DNA of 49,378 nucleotides from Elusimicrobiota bacterium (lineage in GTDB: Bacteria > Elusimicrobiota > Elusimicrobia > Elusimicrobiales > UBA9959). Positions 46,880 through 49,378 of the stretch are shown piece by piece. The position numbers and the translations under genes are program-made. The notes under the pieces were generated by a model. It made no database searches, was not told where the DNA came from, and was given only the letters and a program-made list of their open reading frames with translations. The stretch spans positions 1 to 49,378 of the forward strand of contig DAIENX010000043.1 in assembly GCA_027340875.1 (NCBI GenBank), written 5' to 3'. Numbering within the stretch: position 1 is the stretch's first letter; every line of letters begins with the position of its first letter.

Positions 46880-46970
46880 AAAACCTTCGCGCAGTTTATT
46901 GTCAGCGTAGTCTGGGCCGGCCGGGCGGTAAGCAAAACCTTCGCGCAGTATATTGTTAGCGTAGTCTGGG
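46880..46970. repeat. 37-bp direct repeat, two copies
   Basis: AAAACCTTCGCGCAGTWTATTGTYAGCGTAGTCTGGG at 46880-46916 and 46934-46970; 2 mismatches, 17-nt gap. Confidence 0.85.
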
Positions 46971-47090
46971 ACTGGCGAACAGGACGAAAAACCCTCGTGA
47001 GGGCGAGGCTTGCGCAGCGCCGAGCCCGAATGAAGAGCGAGGCCACGGTGTGGCCGAGCGTGTTTTGAGTCCTGTTCGACAGGACCAGAC
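46964..47090. ncRNA. Candidate structured RNA or folded mobile repeat downstream of tRNA-Leu
   Basis: Nested inverted repeats close a multibranch fold: GTCTGG/CCAGAC and CGAACAGGAC/GTCCTGTTCG, with three inner hairpins. Confidence 0.4.
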
Positions 47091-47100
47091 GGAGTATTTT

Positions 47101-47184
47101 TGGGCGAGGAGGGGCTCGAACCCTCATGATCGTGAGATCGCAGGTTTTTGAGACCTGTGCGTCTGCCAGTTCCGCCACTCGCCC
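47101..47184 (-). tRNA. tRNA-Leu(CAA)
   Basis: Acceptor GGGCGAG/CTCGCCC, anticodon arm CAGGT-CTCAAAA-ACCTG, long variable arm, GTTCGAG T-loop; CCA not encoded. Confidence 0.95.
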
Positions 47185-47207
47185 GAAAGGCTATTCTACA
47201 AAATTTG

Positions 47208-47921
47208 CTATTTACCCTGGGCGCGCAGCCCCAGCAGTTCGTCCACCCGCACCGGCTTCAGCCCTTTCCTGACGGCCTCGTCCAGTATCAGCTCCACCAG
47301 CTTGAGGTCCTTGACGCGGCCCTTCCCTCCGCCGTCGTGCATCAGCAGGATGGCGCCCGGCTGCAGGGCCTTCAGGTAGCCCTCGTCCATCTTCTCCTCG
47401 GACTGCTTCGTCCAGTCGCTGCCGTAGGTCCAGTTGACCAGCGTGTAGCCGAGCTTCCCGGCGACCAGCCTCACCCAGGGCTTGTCGTAGCCGTTCGGCA
47501 TGCGCAGCACCGCGGGCCGCACCCCGGCGGCCTTCTCTATGGAGGCGGCGGATCTCGCCAGCTCCTCCTCGAGGCGGAGCTCGTAGCCCTTCTTCCGAGC
47601 CTCCTTCACCCATAGCAGGTGGGAATCGGTATGGCTGCAGACCATGTGCCCGGCCGCTGCCACCGCCCTGGCCTTCTCCGGATGGGCGCGCACCGAAGTG
47701 CCCAGCATGAAGAAGGTGGCCTTCGCGCCCTTCTTCTCCAGCAGCTTCAGCAGGTCGCCGGTGATGTAGCCGGGGCCGTCGTCGAAGGTCAGCGCGAACT
47801 CGGCCTTCTTAGGGTCGCCGGAGGCGTAGAACCTGGCCGCGGGGCGGTCGCCGGCGCGGCAGAGCGCGGCGGCCAGCAGCAGCGAAAGCGTGAACGATGC
47901 CATCCTCATATCTTTCCTCAT
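47208..47921 (-). CDS. Polysaccharide deacetylase (CE4/NodB)
   Basis: ALTFDDGP, ATFFMLG, HTDSH, RMPNG and ILLMHD; signal peptide. Start uncertain (about 47904-47921). Confidence 0.9.
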   Translation of the reverse strand: MRKDMRMASFTLSLLLAAALCRAGDRPAARFYASGDPKKAEFALTFDDGPGYITGDLLKLLEKKGAKATFFMLGTSVRAHPEKARAVAAAGHMVCSHTDSHLLWVKEARKKGYELRLEEELARSAASIEKAAGVRPAVLRMPNGYDKPWVRLVAGKLGYTLVNWTYGSDWTKQSEEKMDEGYLKALQPGAILLMHDGGGKGRVKDLKLVELILDEAVRKGLKPVRVDELLGLRAQGK

Positions 47922-49378
47922 ATCTCGTGCCGGTCCAGATTGCGCAGCCCTGCCTTCCAGGGGATGTAGAGCGCGGCGGCGTTGATGAACACGAACAGCA
48001 CGGCGCACGCGGCCACGGCGCGCATGTCCCAGGCGTGCGCGCGGCCGAACCTCTCGGCGAAGTGCATCTGCACCGGCCAGGCCTCCACTCCCACCAGCAG
48101 CGACAGGTAGCCCATCGAGCAGGCCATATAGAGGAAGCCGCCGTACGAGGACTCCAGCTGGTGTATATTCTCCACGTTGAAATCCGGGAAGATAGCTCCG
48201 AAGCCTACCCCCATCACCGTCACCACCACGGCGGCCACCGCTATCGTGAACGTAGACAGCGCCGAGACGAAGAGGTCCGCGTTCAGCAGGTAGTTGGAGA
48301 TAGTTATGAGCACCAGGCCTATCAGCACGGACGGCAGCAGCGAGACCGACAGCTTCTCGCGCATGATGGCGGCGGTGGTCAGCGGGGAGGACTTCAGCAG
48401 CCAGTAGGCGTTCCCCTCCAGGCTGACCGCCGGGAAAGTGAAGCGCAGGCCTATGGCGGCCATCACGAAACCGGCCACTCCGACGTTGAGGAAAGAGACC
48501 ATGCTCTTGAGGTCGGCCGTGTCCAGCGGCAGCTGCCGGATGCTGAACAGGTAGACGGCTATCAGCGCGGCTATCAGGATGACCTGCGACCAGTACCGCG
48601 CGTCGCGCCCCAGGGTGAGGCGGTCCTTCCAGTACAGCGTCAGCAGCGGCCGCAGGGCCGGCAGCGAGGCGCCCAGACGCTGCTCCGGCAGGACGCGGCG
48701 GGTGCCCTGGAAGCGCGGGGAGTTCTGCGCCCCGCTGAAGCCGCGCAGGTAGTAGCGCCCCGAAAGCCTGTAAATGAGCAGGTAGACGGCGGCGGCCACC
48801 GCCACCAGGACGCCGGAGGTCCAGGCGAACGTGAGCCAGTGGGCGGCGGAATAAGCCACCATGGCCTTGGTCACCCACCAGGAAGGCATGTACGGGGCCG
48901 TGGGCGACTGCAGGTACTGTATGTACTGCGCTACGATCTCCAGCGAGTCGGGCCGCAGCAATTTCTCCGGCTTGGAAAAGCGGAACACCACGTAAACGAA
49001 GGCCACCGACAGGCTGCCCAGCAGCCAGGTGATGTCGCGCGTGCGCGACGACGGGAAGGCGTACATCACCAGCATGCTGAAGAAGATGCCGAAGGCCCCG
49101 GCCAGCATCACGAACGGGACCATAAGGAAAGCGTAGGCCAGGTAGAAGCCCGCGCCCAGCGCCTTGATGCGGCCCAACGCGATTATATATGGCAGTATCG
49201 CCAGCACCAGCGTCCAGGAGGAGTAGAACACCGTCTCCAGCGCCTTGTCCATGAAGATGGAGCGCAGGTCCAGCGGGGTCGAGAACAGGAACTTCAGGTC
49301 GAAGGAATAGTAGAGCGTCGTCATCGAGATGATTATGGACGAGACGATGACCATCGAGAAGGTCATCAGCAGCACCAT
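47918..49378 (-). CDS. Putative ABC transporter permease (5' end beyond window)
   Basis: Multi-TM; DLKFLFSTPL and SLEGNAYWLLKSSPL duplicated motifs typical of ABC-2-type exporter permeases. Confidence 0.75.
   Translation of the reverse strand: MVLLMTFSMVIVSSIIISMTTLYYSFDLKFLFSTPLDLRSIFMDKALETVFYSSWTLVLAILPYIIALGRIKALGAGFYLAYAFLMVPFVMLAGAFGIFFSMLVMYAFPSSRTRDITWLLGSLSVAFVYVVFRFSKPEKLLRPDSLEIVAQYIQYLQSPTAPYMPSWWVTKAMVAYSAAHWLTFAWTSGVLVAVAAAVYLLIYRLSGRYYLRGFSGAQNSPRFQGTRRVLPEQRLGASLPALRPLLTLYWKDRLTLGRDARYWSQVILIAALIAVYLFSIRQLPLDTADLKSMVSFLNVGVAGFVMAAIGLRFTFPAVSLEGNAYWLLKSSPLTTAAIMREKLSVSLLPSVLIGLVLITISNYLLNADLFVSALSTFTIAVAAVVVTVMGVGFGAIFPDFNVENIHQLESSYGGFLYMACSMGYLSLLVGVEAWPVQMHFAERFGRAHAWDMRAVAACAVLFVFINAAALYIPWKAGLRNLDRHEI

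Noticed and set aside
46880..46970. CRISPR array
   Set aside because: Only two repeats, a 17-nt spacer and no cas genes.
16200..47184. tRNA-anchored integrative element with att repeats
   Set aside because: No integrase, no duplicated tRNA 3' end or boundary direct repeat seen; ordinary genes lie between the block and tRNA-Leu.

Overview
High-GC bacterial chromosomal window. Protein style suggests Elusimicrobiota, but this is inference and was not verified. The left arm (1-16.2 kb) is mostly housekeeping and envelope genes: O-antigen-ligase-like gene, LMW phosphatase, OM beta-barrel, thrS, tRNA-Val, queF, copA, lspA, ileS. Two of these genes carry an in-frame TAG. Next is a Y1 (RAYT-like) transposase flanked by GGTACC-W-GGTACC palindromes. 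It precedes a ~28 kb accessory block (17.0-44.7 kb). The block encodes a MotA/MotB stator, a single-chain FliF(RBM3)-TM-FliG(M/C) rotor-like fusion, a long coiled-coil protein, a PorV-like barrel with TPR, a T9SS-CTD-like protein, three related fibre-like secreted proteins (one ~1800 aa mosaic), a lectin-like secreted protein, 2 histidine kinases and 10 receiver-domain proteins. No flagellar export, rod, hook, filament, FliM/FliN or Che genes are in the window. Six minus-strand promoters in the block share TTCGGGATTY-N16/17-TATAAT (one has TAGACT). This looks like a co-regulated, non-flagellar rotary-motor plus surface-fibre system and is the best candidate for an undescribed system here. The right arm holds DUF948, cNMP-binding and AI-2E genes, a structured element downstream of tRNA-Leu(CAA), a polysaccharide deacetylase and an ABC permease. 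All family assignments come from motif recognition by eye; no database searches were run.
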